Source: Squalus acanthias (lineage: Eukaryota). Taken from it: 64,000 nt of DNA. Shown here one piece after another: positions 37,810 through 50,988 of the stretch. Every line of letters starts with the position of its first letter. The stretch's first letter is position 1. Under the pieces are notes generated by a model. The model made no database searches. It worked only from the letters and a program-made list of their open reading frames with translations, and had not been told where the DNA came from. The position numbers and the translations under genes are program-made. The stretch lies in contig CM059431.1 in assembly GCA_030390025.1 (NCBI GenBank), positions 106,580,001 through 106,644,000 on the forward strand. Reading direction: 5' to 3'.

Positions 37810-39223
37810 CATACAGGCCTGTCTTGTCCACAAAAAGCAGGACAAATCTAATCCGCCTAACTACCGCCCCATCAGTCTACTCTCAATCATCAGCAAAATG
37901 ATGAAGGTGTCATTGACAGTGCTATCAAGCGGCACTTACTCACCAATAACCTGCTCACTGATGCCCAGTATGGGTTCCGCCAAGACCACTCGGCTCCCGA
38001 CTTCATTATAGCCTTGGTCCAAACATGGAAAAAGGAGCTGAATTCCAGAGGTGAGGTGAGAGTGACTGCTCTTGACATCAAGGCAGCATTTGACCGAGTG
38101 TGGCATCACGGAGCCCTAGTAAAACTGAAGTCAATGGGAATCGGGGGAAAAACTCTCCACTGGCTGGAGTCATACCTAGCAGAAAGGAAGATGGTTGTGG
38201 TGGTTGGAGGTCAATCATTACATCCACAGGACATCGCTGCAGGAGTTCCTCAGGGCAGTGTCCTAGGCCAAACCATCTTCAGCTGCTTCATCAATGACCT
38301 TCCCTCCAACATAAGGTCAGAAATGGGGATGTTCACTGATAACTGCACAGTGTTCAGTGCCATTCACAACTCCTCAGATAATGAAGCAGTCCATGCCCGT
38401 ATGCAACAAGACCTGGATGACGTTCAGGCTTGGGCTGATAAGTGGCAGGTAACATTCGCACCACAGAAGTGCCAGGCAATGACTATCTCCAAAAAGCGAG
38501 AGTCTAACCATCACCCCTTGACATTCAACGGCATTACCATTGTCGAATCCGCCACTATCAATATCCTGGGGGTCACCATTGACCAGAAACTCAACTGGAC
38601 CAGCCACATAAATACTGTGGTAACAAGAGCAGGTCAGAGGCTATGTATTCTGCAGCAAGTGTCTCACCTCCTGACTCCCCAAAGCCTTTCCACCATCTAA
38701 AAGGCACAAGTAAGGAGTGTGATGGAATACTCTCCACTTGCCTGGATAAGTGCAGCTCCAACAACACTCAAGAAGCTCGACACCATCCAGGACAAAGCAG
38801 CCCATCCACCACCTTAAACATTCACTCCCTCCACCACCGGCGTACCGTGGCTGCAGCCTGTACCATTTACAAGATGCACTGCAGCAACTCGCCAAGGCTT
38901 CTTCGGCAGCACCTCCCAAACCCACGACCTCTTCCACCTGGAAGGACAAGGGCAGCAGGCGCATGGGAACACCACCACCTCCAAGTTCCCCTCCAAGTCA
39001 CACACCATCCTAACTTGGAAGTATATCGCCATTCCTTCATTGTCGCTGGGTCAAAATCCTGGAACTCCCTCCCTAACAGCACTGTGGGAGTACCTTCACC
39101 ACACGGACTGCAGCGATTCAAGAAGGCGGCTCACCGCCACCTTCTCAAGGGGCAATTAGGGATGGGCAATAAATGCCGGCCTTGCCAGCGACGCCCACAT
39201 CCCATGAACGAATAAAAAAAAAA
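37810..39223 (+). mobile_element. CR1-group LINE, 5'-truncated RT
   Basis: NYRPISLLS, ALDIKAAFDRVWH, GVPQGSVLG and FTDN (degenerate FADD), ending in poly(A). Confidence 0.9.
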
Positions 39224-39529
39224 GGTTTGCAGGTAAGTGAAATAGGAATCCAGCAGATGACCCCCTATTTGATGGCTGTTCAAGTGGAGGTGATGCTGCA
39301 TGAGGTAGTAGTGAGGATATTGGCCCTCTGTGCCATCCCATACATTACCATTGCAGCACATCTGCAAGGAGGTGCAGCCAGGTTTCAGGCTACAGCTGCC
39401 CATTAATGTCAATGGATATGATAACCCTAACCTGCAAGGACAACAAGCTGCCCTGTTCTGCATCTGGCTCTCTGCTGACTTTTACCGACAGCTATTGTCA
39501 GGTAGATACAACAGTGCATGCAGACATGG

Positions 39530-40120
39530 CCTAGAAGTAAAGGGAATTAAGGGTTACAGGAAGCGGGCAGAAATTTGGACATGAGTCTAGGTTCGGATCG
39601 GTCATGGCCCTGTGGGTAGCGTAGCGGGCCCAGGGGCCATGTAGCCTGATCCTGCTCCTATTTCGTGTGTCCAATTCTGTTAGGTTCAGGAGATGGTTCT
39701 GTGATCGTAGATTGGCGGTTAGGATCAGATCAGCCATGATCTTATTGAATGGCGGAGCAGGCTCGAGGGGCCAATTGGCCTACTCCTGCTTCTATTTCTT
39801 ATGTTCTTATGTTTCTTATGGCCAGTGGGATCTTGTGGGTGTGACCATTCAGAGTATTGATCACGTGGTATTTAGAAGAAACCTCTTTACTCAAAGAGTA
39901 GTAAGAATGTGGAACTCGTTACTACAAGGAGCAGTTGAGGTGAATAGCATAGATGCATTTAAAGGGAAGCTAGATAAGCACATGAGGGAGAAAGGAACAG
40001 AAGGATATGCTGATAGGGTGAGATGTAAAGGGATGGGAGGAGGCTCATGTGGAGCATAAATGCCGGTATAGACCAGCTGGGCCAAATGGCCTGTTTCTGT
40101 GTGGTAAATTCTATGTAATA
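39530..40120 (+). mobile_element. Cluster of CR1 3' ends
   Basis: Three CR1-type 3' UTRs and RNLFTQRVVRMWNSL. Confidence 0.75.
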
Positions 40121-42084
40121 AATTTGAAGTCCACAGATAAACTAGAAAAGTTTATGGAAGGCTAGATAAAGGTCAGGAAGGGAAGAAAACAACTGAAGAA
40201 CCAGGAAAGATGACCACAGATGAAGGCTCACCACAGATCTGCCTCAGAGGTGAAACTGGGACATTGCAGAGGGAAAAGAAATTGTCCAATACAACAGTTA
40301 ACGTGCTACATGAGGAGTGAGGTTATATGCTTTAATGCCAATGTCATACCAGCTTAACATAGGACACTATGGGGGTAATTCTCCAAGCTTGCCTTGCCAT
40401 TGGAGAACCTTGCTCTCTTGCTGCACATATCGGAAGTTCTCCGCTGGCAGTAGCAACTCAGAAAATTACAACATATAGGGCAGAACTTTCTGCTAGTGCC
40501 ATTTTCTGCTCGTGAAAGCATTTTCCCCAACAATATATTACATACAGACTTTTCCCTCACTTTTCCTGACAGCATTCTGTAATCTTGGAGATCAAATGTT
40601 ATTGTGCTATTAAGTAAAACATTGCTGAAATGGTACAATACTTATAACTAAATTTGTCTGGTGCTTATGATGATTGAGGTTCTGCTGATGTATGGTAAGT
40701 ATCAGTTTCCATTTTTGTAATTGCCTGTACTGAACCTCATGATGATATTAATCATAACCTGAAAGATGGAGTTCTTCACTAAAATACTGTTAGTGATATT
40801 TCTCTGTGTTCTCTCATTGATGTCCTTGGCAGCTAAGGGTTTTGTAGCTTTTATATTTCAGGACTGCAGCCAATGGAAGATGCAGATTAAGCAACTGACT
40901 CAGTGCATGACACAGCAAAACCCAGAGCAACAGAATGAAAATTATACAGGGGGAACAGTGGGCATGAGGGTCACTCTTCCTCTCGGTGGGACTAAGCAAT
41001 GTAAAAGCCCTCTTAAGTTGCACCTAATTTAGTGTTGCACCGTGGTGATATCCTTGTCAGATCTGGCTGATCGATATTCAGATTGATTCTGTCCAAAGCA
41101 AGCTAATTTGGGCATCATACATGAAACTCTAGATGTAAATATTTGATTCAGGTTTTTGGCAAAAAAAAAGAGAAGGCCCTTTAGCTAACGTAGGTTACAT
41201 ATTGGGATTGTGAAGGAGATGCTGATCGGGTTAGATGAAGCAAAGGTGGGAGGAGGCTCGTGTGGAGCATAAACACCAGCGTGGACCTGTTGGGCCGAAT
41301 GGCCCGTTTCTGCGCTGTAATTTCTATGTAATTCATTTTGGGTGTTGCTTCAGATTTTAATCTCCTTTTATGAGAAAGTGGCTTTTAGCTGTTTATTGGC
41401 AGACTGTTGGTGTAGCATACAGGTTCCTACCCCCATATTATGGATTCCTAAGACTGGTTCAGCTGTCGGAGGAGCCATTGAGATAGAAGATTGAAGGTGC
41501 TTCAGTGTAGACACGATTGTCGCCCTGATAACAGATAGACATTAGCAGAAGCCTGGTGGCGGATTACCTGGTTACCTTGTTTCTCTTGGAAACAATGGAT
41601 GGAGAGAATATACAAGAGGAAAAAAAAGTTTTTTAAAAAGATGAGAAGATTGCTAGAGTTTAATTGAGGAAGAGTGCAAAAAAAAAAGCAGGTTATTTTT
41701 AAAAGCAAGTTAAGTGGAGGAATGGCATTTTAAATAATTAAGTCAAAACTGTCAGAGCATCGGTGGAATGCTGAAATTAAACATTCAATTAATTGAAATT
41801 AATTTTAATGTGTTTTATAATAGTAACTAATAGATCTCCCATGGCATTGCTCAAATGTTGCTTGGGACGTGGGGTTTAGTGTTCTATACATTCCGAGCAT
41901 GCAACCTGTACTGAGAAGATATTGCTGTTTTATTTCTCATCCATGTCTTGCAATTGTATCTCAAGATGTTCGTTTCTCCGTCAAGGCCAGCAATGGGACA
42001 GTAAGCACATGGAACAGTCTTTTGGCCTGTGAAGCTGAGATTGGACTAGTTATGCTGGCAGGGCTTGTGACTTACTTAATACTG

Positions 42085-42650
42085 TCTAGACCTGACTATT
42101 CCAAAGCACTCCTGGCTGGCCTCCCACGTTCTACCCTACATAAACTTGAGATCATCCAAAACTGGGCTGCCCGTGCCCTAACTCGCACCATGTCCTGTTC
42201 ACCCATCACCCCTGTGCTCGCTGGCCTACACTGGGGCCTGGTTAAGCAACGCCTTGATTTTAAAATCCTCATCCTTGTTTTCAAATCCCTCCACGGCCTC
42301 GCCCCCTCACTATCTCTGTAATCTCCTCCAGCCCCACAACTCCCCGAGATAGCTGCGCTCCTCTAATTCTGGCCTCTTGCGCATCCCTGATTTTAATCGC
42401 TCAACCATTGCTGGCTGTGCCTTCAGCTGCCTAGGCCCTAAGCTCTGGAATTCCCTCCCTAAACCTCTCCGCCTCTCTACCTCTCTTTCCTCCTTTAAGA
42501 TGCCCCTTAAAACCTACCTCTTTGACGCACCTGCCCTAATTTCTCCTTATGTGGCTTGGTGTCAAATTTTGTTTTATAACACTCCTGTGAAGCGCCTTGG
42601 GACATTTTACTACATTAAAGGCGCTATATAAATACAACTTGTTGTTGTAG
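42085..42650 (+). mobile_element. L2 LINE 3' fragment
   Basis: SRPDYSKALLAGLP...IQNWAARAL...PITPVLAGLHW...RLDFKIL. Confidence 0.9.
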
Positions 42651-43904
42651 AAGTGAACAATTGGGAAAACATCATCTCTGCCGCGGCTTATGTATCGGTT
42701 TAGGATGTGGCCAGTAAGTATGGTTATGTCAATAGTTTGGCCCACGAAGGAGTTGCTCTGTTGTACTCGCATATCTGTGTTATCTCCCCTTTCTTCTGTC
42801 ATTCTCTTTTCCTTTCTGATTGTGTATATGTTACTCTCACTTTTTGGGTGTTGCTTTGTTACTCTCTCTCCTATTTTACTCTTTCTCTGTTTGTTACTTC
42901 CTTTTTGTCCCTGTTACTCTTCCTCTCTGATTCTTCTCTCGGTTACTTTTGGCTTGTAATTTTGTCCCTAAGCGACCAAATATAGCATGTGGCTTGTGCG
43001 CACACGTTCTGCACTGGGAGTGTGCCGTTCGTCATATTGGTGAAGGCAGACAAAGAGGTGTCCGGGGTCCGTGCCTGAAACAGGGGTTGGGCTCTTTGCA
43101 TATACAAATATGGGGCCTCAATGCCTGTTTCAGGACCCCTGCCCAGAGCTAGTCCTGAGATCTGGTAGGTTCCCAATTTTGAGATCAGTTTAGTTGATGG
43201 AACAAATTGAAAGAACAGCATCGTGCGGGTTGCGATAAGTTAAAATTCTAGGACATGATTGGTTCATCCCTGGGAGTGCTCCCTTCCACAACCCAATTGA
43301 GTAGAAGGTCTACACAACATTCCCCGCAACAATTTCCAGAACAGAAGTGCTCTGAAATTCCTGGACCAGAGAGGGCAGAAAGCCTCCACTGGAGGGGGAG
43401 AATTTTGGAATTTGGGATGAATTCCAATTACACTGGGATTCTACCCCATTAGACCAGTCCTTTAAATTTCAGTAGGGCGGATCTTTTGCTTGCTCCCCCA
43501 TGTCAAGGGGGGTGATGAACGAAGTCTGCAGGCTTGCCTGCAAAATTCTAACCATTGCACGCTTAAAAGACCTCAGCTAAGACCTTGTGTGAGTTCCTTT
43601 GAACCCCTCTAAAAGCTCCCAAACATTTACTGGATAAAGTTAACCGACCCCGGAGGGGATCAATTGCTTTATCTGGAGGCTAAATGGCTCCTTTTAGAGC
43701 TGAAGACTCAAAACATTTTCCTTTTCACTTTGGGCATGTTAAGCCTCAGTGAAGCTCGGTAGAAATGCTGTAGAATACCCTGCATTTCAAGGATGGATCA
43801 GGGCAGGCTTTGTTGCGCACTTGTTGGAGCTGGCAACCTGCCCTTGCCATGTGAATGACCCTGTCCCTCAGATTTGGGATGGGATCTTTGGTCTGTAGCT
43901 AGGA

Positions 43905-46900
43905 CTGAGGAAGAGAGTGTTGGAAGACCAGGGCCTCAAACCCAGCACCAAGGTCATGGTTTACAGAGCAGTATTGATACCCGCCCTCCTGTATGCTTCA
44001 GAGACATGGACCACGTACAGCAGGCACCTCAAAGCACTGGAGAGGTACCACCAACGCTGCCTCCGCAAGATCCTGCAAATCCATTGGCCGGATAGGCGCA
44101 CCAATGTCAGTGTTCTCGCTCAGGCCAACATCCCCAGAATCGAAGCTTTGACCACGTTCGATCAGCTCCGATGGATGGGCAACATTGTCCGCATGCCCGA
44201 TACGAGACTCCCAAAGCAAGCGCACTACTCGGAGCTCCGACACGGCAAGAGAGCCCCAGGTGGGCAGAGGAAACGCTTCAAGGACATCCTCAAAGCCTCC
44301 TTGAAAAGTGCAACATCCCCACCGACACCTGGGAATCCCTGGCCCAAGACCGCACAAAGTGGAGGAGAAGCATCCGGGAAGGCGCCGAACACCTCGAGTC
44401 TCTTCGCCGGGAGCAAACAGAAGTGAAGCGCAAGGAGCGCACGTCAACCCAAGCACCCCACCCACCCGCCCCTTCAACCACCGTCTGGCCCACCTGTGAC
44501 AGAATCATAGAATCATAGAAGATAGGAGCAGGAGTAGGCCATTCGGCCCGTCTAGCCTGCTCTGCCATTCAATGCGATCATGGCTGATCATCCAAATTCA
44601 GTACCCTGTCCCTGCTTTCTCCCCATATCCCTTGATCCCTTTAGCCTTAAGAAATATATCCAACTCCTTCTTGAATCTATTTAATGAATTGGCCTCTACT
44701 GCCTTCTGTGGCAGGGAATTCCACAGGTTCACCACTCTCTGGGTGAAGAAATTCCTCCTCATTTCTGTCCTAAATGGCTTACCCCTTATCCTTAGACTGT
44801 GACCCCTGGTTCTGGACTCCCCGACCATCGGGAACATCCTTCCTGCATCTAGTTTGTCCTGTCCTGTCAGAATTTTATAAGTTTCAATGAGATCCCCTCT
44901 CATTCTTCTAAACTCCAGCGAGTATAAGCCCAATCGACCCAATCTCTCTTCATACGTCATTCCTGCCATCCCAGGTATCAGCCTTGTGAATCTTCGCTGA
45001 ACTCCTTCCATGGCAAGAACATCCTTCCTCAGATAAGGCGACCAAAACTGCACACAGTACTCAAGGTGTGGTCTCACCAAGGCTCTGTACAACTGCAGCA
45101 AGACATCCTTGTTCCTGTACTCAAACCCTCTCGCTATGAAGGCTAACATACCATTTGACTTCTTAACCGCCTGCTGCACCTGCATGCTGACCTTCAGCGA
45201 CTGGTGCACAAGGACACCCAGGTCTCGTTGCACTTCCCCTTCTCCCAATCTATTGACATTCAGATAATAATCTGCCTTTCTGCTTTTGACACCAAAGTGG
45301 ATAACCTCGCATTTATCCATGTTATATTGCATCTGCCACGCTTCTGCCCAATCATCCAACCTGTCCAAATCATCCTGCAGTTTCTCAGCATCCTCCTCGC
45401 AGCACACACGCCCACCCAGTTTTGTGTCATCTGCAAACTTGGAGATATTACATCTAGTTCCCTTGTCTAGATCATTAATATATATTGTGAATAGCTGGTG
45501 TCCAAGGACCGATCCCTGCGGTACCCCACTAGTCACTGCCTGCCACTCGGAAAAAGACCCGTTTATTCCAACTCTTTGCTTCCTGTCTGCCAACCAGTTC
45601 ACTATCCAAGTCAATACCTTGCCCCCAATCCCATGTGCCTTAACTTTACACGTTAATATCTTATGCGGGACCTTATCAAAAGCCTTTTGGAAGTCCAAAT
45701 ACACCACATCCACTGGTTCTCCCTTATCTATTTTACCAGTTACATCCTCAAAAAATTCCAGTAGATTAGTCAAGCATGATTTACCTTTTGTAAATCCATG
45801 TTGACTTTGTCCGATCCTGTCACTGTTTTCCAAGTGCTCAGCTATTGCATCTTTTATAATGGACTCTAGCATTTTCCCCACTACCGATGTCAGGCTTACC
45901 GGTCTGTAATTCCCCGTTTTCTCTCTACCACCCTTTTTGAATAGTGGGGTAACATTAGCTACCCTCCAATCCATGGGTACTGTTCCAGATTCCATCGAAT
46001 GTTGGAAGATGATCAGCAATGCATCTACTATTTCTAGGGCCACTTCCTTAAGTACCCTAGGATGTAGATTATCAGGCCCTGGGGATTTATCGGCCTTTAA
46101 TCCCTTCAATTTCCCTAACACCATTTCCCTACAAATACTGATTTCTTTCAGTTCCTCCCTTTCATCAGACCCTATGTTCCCCAATATCTCTGGGAGGTTA
46201 TTTGTGTCCTCCTTTGTGAAGACAGAACCAAAATATGTATTTAATTGGTCTGACATTTCTTTGTTACCAATTGTTAGTTCCCCTGATTCTGACTGCAAGG
46301 GACCTATGCTTGATTTCACTAATCTTTTTCTCTTCACATATCTATAAAAGCTTTTACAGTCAGTTTTTATGTTCCCTGGAAGCTTACTCTCGTATTCTAT
46401 TTTCTCCTTCTTAATTAATCCCTTTGTCCTCCTTTGTTGAATCTTAAACTGCTCCCAATCCTCAGGGCTACTGCTTTTTCTGGCCAATTTATATGTCCTC
46501 TCCTTGGATCTTCTGCTATCCCTAAATTCCCTTGTTAGCCATGGTTGAGTCACCCTTTTTGTTTTATTCTTATGCCAAACTGGGATGAACAAATTCTGTA
46601 GTTTGTCCATGCGGTCTTTGAATGTTTGCCATTGCCCATCCACCATCAACCCTTTGAGTGACATTCCCCAATCAATCCTACCCAACTCGCACCTCATACC
46701 ATCGTAGTTTCCTTTATTTAAATTCAGGACCCTAGTCTCTGAGTCAACTACTTCACTCTCCATCCTAATGAAGAATTCTATCATATTATGATCGCTCTGA
46801 CCCAAGGGGCCTCACACAACAAGATTGCTAATTAATCCTTTCTCATTGCATAATACCCAGTCTAAGATGGCCTGATCTCTGGTTGGTTCCTCGACATATT

Positions 46901-47918
46901 GGTCCAGGAAACCATCCCATAAACACTCCAGGAATTCCTCCTCCATAGTATTGTTACTAATTTGGTTAGCCCAATCTATATGTCGATTAAAGTCACCCAT
47001 GATGACTGCTGTGCCCTTATTGCACGCTTCTCTAATTTCCCTTTTAATGCCATCCCCAACCTCCGCATTACTGTTTGGAGGTCTATATATCACTCCCACT
47101 AATGTTTTCTGCCCCTTGTTATTTCTCAGTTCAACCCATACAGATTCCACATCATCAGAGCTAATATCCTTCCTTTCAATTGTGTTAATCCCCTCTTTAA
47201 CCAGCAATGCTACCCCACCACCCTTTCCTTTTTGCCTATCTTTCCTGAATATTGAGTACCCCTGGATGTTGAGTTCCAGACTTGGCCACCCTGGAGCCAT
47301 GTTTCAGTAATCCCAATCAAATCATATTCATTTACCTCTATTTGCGCATCTAATTCATCCACGTTGTTCCGAATGCTCCTTGCATTAAGACACAAAGCCT
47401 TCAGGCTTGTGTTTTTAATGCTCTTAGACCTATTAGAATTAGTATTTACTGTGGCCATGTTTGATTTAAACCGTTGTTTTCTCTGACTGCCACTTTTGTT
47501 TTTCTCCTTCCTATCTTTTGCTTTTATCCTTGTTTCCCTTTCCTCTGTCTCCCTGCTCAGGTTCCCAACGCCCTGCCATTTTAGTTTAAACCCTCCCCCA
47601 GAGCACATGCAAACACTCCCCCTAGGACATCGGTCCCAGCCCAGCCCAGGTGTAGATCGTCCGGTTTGTACTGGTCCCACCTCCCCCAGAACCAGTTCCA
47701 ATGCCCCAGGAATTTGAATCCCTCCCCCTTGCACCATTCCTCTAGCCACGTATTCATTTGAAATATCCTTCTATCCTTCTATTTCTACTCTGACTAGCAT
47801 GTGGCACTGACTAGAACAGAGACTGTAGGTCCCGCATTGGTCTCATTAGTCACCTGAGAACTCATTTTTAATGGGGAAGCATGTCATCCTCGGTTCCGAG
47901 GGACTGCCTAAGAAGAAG
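43905..47918 (+). mobile_element. RTE (BovB-like) LINE 3' part, interrupted by a CR1 (pieces 43905-44500 and ~47816-47918)
   Basis: KVMVYRAVLIPALLYASETW...QLRWMGNIVRM...RLPKQ, with a (AAG)n tail. Confidence 0.9.
44501..47810 (-). mobile_element. CR1 LINE: end of ORF1 (SGNH/esterase-like) plus almost complete ORF2
   Basis: LNARSI, GITETW and GDFN motifs, plus a 735-aa open frame containing the RT domain (44598-46805). There is one stop at 46812 and a frameshift near 47280. Confidence 0.95.
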
Positions 47919-48627
47919 GGCAGGCGGGGGTCACGAAGAATTTTGAGGCTGAGATTTTTCACATCACTGTGGTGTTGCTCACAGAAAGTCATAGAATCAT
48001 GGAATCTTAAAGCACAGAAGGAGGCCATTCAGCCTGTCGTGTCTGTGCCAGGCTCTTTGAAAGAGCAGTCCAATTTAGTAAGTTGACATGCTGTTTTGCA
48101 ATGATAAGAACATCATGCTATTTAATGCACAATTATTAATATGCTAAGGTGGAGCTGTGTTTGTTCTTGTTGTCCCCTTTAAAATCACAAAGATTCATTG
48201 GCGGAAAGATCCTGGATCATTTTCGGATTAATTGAAGAAATTTACAGATTGACAGATGCTTGTAAATTTCTGATTCCAGATCTGAAGAAACCAGCATTGA
48301 AATGACTACCTTCCTTTTTTCTTTTTTATATACGTGTACTTTTGACACGCTTAACATGTGATGGCTGCTCTCAAAACTTTTGTTGAATCAGAGCAAATAA
48401 AACTCAGAAGGAGGACATTAGACCCATCATGCCAATTCTTCAACTGGAGATATCAACTCTAGTCCCATTTCTCTGCCCTTTCCTGGTATCCTTTCATATT
48501 CTTCCTTTAGAAATACGTATCCAGTTCCCTGTTAAATGAAGTCATTGCGTCAATAAGTGGTAAAGCGTTTCACATTCTAATAATTCTCTGTGTCAAACAA
48601 AATTCTTCAAACTGTCCCTTGTCTAGT

Positions 48628-48712
48628 GATTATCCTGACGCTCGGCCTATTTGTTACCACTTGACCTAGCAGTGGAAAAAAATCTTTCATTGTTTACCTT
48701 CTCAAAATCTTT
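48628..48712 (+). repeat. Left copy of the 85-bp direct repeat (right copy 56527-56611)
   Basis: GATTATCC(T/C)GACGCTCGG...CTCAAAATCTTT, with 2 mismatches. Confidence 0.95.
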
Positions 48713-49598
48713 AAAGTAAGACAAAGGTCCTCTACCAACCTACCCCCGCCACACAGTACTGCCCCCCGATTATCAAAATCCACGACAAGGCCTTGGACAA
48801 CGTGGACCACTTTCCATACCTCGGAAGCCTACTGTCAACAAGGGCAGACGTCGACGAGAAAGTCCAACACCGCCTTCAGTGTGCCAGTGCAGCCTTTGGT
48901 CACCTGAGGAAGAGAGTGTTTGAAGACCAGGACCTCAAATCCGGCACTAAGCTCATGGTCTACAGAGCAGCAGTGATACTTGCCCTGCTGTATGCCTCAG
49001 AGACATGGACCATTTGCAGCAGGCACCTCAAAGCACTGGAGAGGTACCACCAACGCTGTCTCCGCAAGATCCTGCAAATCCATTGGCAGGATAGGCGCAC
49101 CAACGTCAGTGTTCTCGCTCAGGCCAACAACACAGCATCGAAGCTTTAACCACGCTCGATCAGCTCCGATGGACAGATCACATTGTCCGCATGCCCGATA
49201 CGAGACTCTCAAAACAAGTGCTCTACTCGGAGCTCCGGCACGGCAAGAGAGCCCCAGGTGGGCAGAGGAAATGTTCAAGGACACGCTCAAAGCCTCCTTG
49301 AAAAAGTGTAACATCCCCACCGACACCTGGGAATCCCTGGCCCAAGACCGCACAAAGTGGAGGAGAAGCATCCGGGAAGGCGCCGAACACCTCAAATCTC
49401 TTCGCCGGGAGCAAGCGGAAGCCAAGCGCAGGCAGCGCAAGGAGCGCACATCAACCCAAGCACCCCACCCACCCGCCCCTTCAACCATCATCTGCCCCAT
49501 CTGTGACAGAGACTGTAGGTCCCACATTGGACTCATCAGTCACCTGAAAACTCATTTTTAATGTGGAAGGAAGTCATCCTCAGTTCCGAGGGACTGCC

Positions 49599-50699
49599 TA
49601 TAGGGGGTGGTGGTGGAAGGGTCAGCCTTACCCCTGACACAGTGAGCGGTTCGAATTGCTCCCACGCCCTAGGTTCAGACCTTGGACTTATTTAGGGGTT
49701 GTGAATAAAGATGCAGTAGACACCAGGTTCCGATGAAAGAATTTTGACTTTTATTAAAAGAAAAAGGTAACAAACTTAAAACACACTTAACACTTAAACA
49801 GGTTGGAGAACACACGGTACAGGCGAGGGAGAAAGACAATATACAAAAAACCCTTATCCCTCCCAAAAATCCCACTATCTAGCTAGGTTTCCGTTTCAGG
49901 AGATCAGGGATACTGCTCACCAAACAAGGGTTTTAACAGTGCGAAATCCAACCAGGTAAGTTGATGGTGATCTGGTCGTCGAGTGTCTTCCTGGAACGTG
50001 CTGCTTCTGGAACAGAGCTGAGAGGGAGCTGTACCAGTGTTGTCAGAGAGTCCGGAGAGAGTGCTCTTGGGGAATTATGCCCCCCAATTATACTTGTTCA
50101 GCTCCTTTGTTCTTTTTTTCGCTCCCAGAACCCCTTACTAAAGATGGTTTCGTGCTGAAGTGATTTGGTTTCAGTTGAGGCCTGTTCATTCCATTGTCTT
50201 GGTTTTGCGGGCTTGTTAAGTTTTGATGGGTTTAACTTGGTGTTAAAAATGTTCTGAACTCGCTTCTTACTGAACTGTTGTAACTGCTTGATGGGCCTTC
50301 AATTATGCTAAACCAAATCAAATCCTGGTCATTGAAAGACCTCGTCAACAATAACGGCTTTTTACTGAGTGTCAAATGGCTTGCGTCCTGTCGATCTGTT
50401 GTTTAATCGGAGTTTGCATTGTCCTCGTGTTTTGGGTTTCTTGCTGGGCCTAGCACTCCTATCTTTATGCGTCTCTTTAATGGGTTCTGTGTTTTGGGTG
50501 GGGCTGCCTTCTCCCAGGGCCTATTGTCCAAATGTTAATGTTTGCTGGGGCTTGAATTCCAGCCTTTTAAAATGCCAAAGCTTGGTTTTGGTCTTAAATT
50601 CCTTCTGTTAGGCCCAAATGCATTTTTATCACTCTGGGGTAGTTCCAAAGTCCTTTTTCCTTAGATTTTTGGGAATCTGCAAATTTTGGAAACTTTACA
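49599..50699 (-). repeat. 3' LTR
   Basis: Direct repeat of 55408-56513; begins TGTAAAG on the minus strand directly after the PPT. Confidence 0.95.
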
Positions 50700-50711
50700 G
50701 TCCCCCCTCCG
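50700..50711 (-). other. Polypurine tract
   Basis: GGAGGGGGGAC abuts the 3' LTR. Confidence 0.9.
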
Positions 50712-50988
50712 ATACATTGAGTTCACTACAGTATCGTCCTGGGTGGACAAAATTCCTGATCCCCGAAAACCAACGTTCCCCTGTAATACCTAAATTAAAA
50801 CCCAAACATACATTCCCCTTTAAATGTGGTGTTTTAGGTACATACAGGTAAGAAAATCTTTATTTCACAACCAAGCATGGAGAGGGTCCGACACCCCTGC
50901 ACTGCTTGGGAAAACACACATATCTTTATTAAAAAGAACAAAACACAAAAAAAAACAATCTTTATTCAGGAACACAGAATAAAAAAAT

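Noticed and set aside
40690..41030. Possible plus-strand exon (donor ~40696, acceptor ~40861)
   Set aside because: The peptide is unrecognised and the region follows a TIR-like start at ~40371, so it is more likely an old transposon relic.
42690..42985. Hydrophobic membrane-like ORFs
   Set aside because: They are a by-product of T/C-rich low-complexity DNA.
45204..47310. Plus-strand ORFs over the CR1 copies (also 32436-34650)
   Set aside because: They are antisense shadows of CR1 ORF2.
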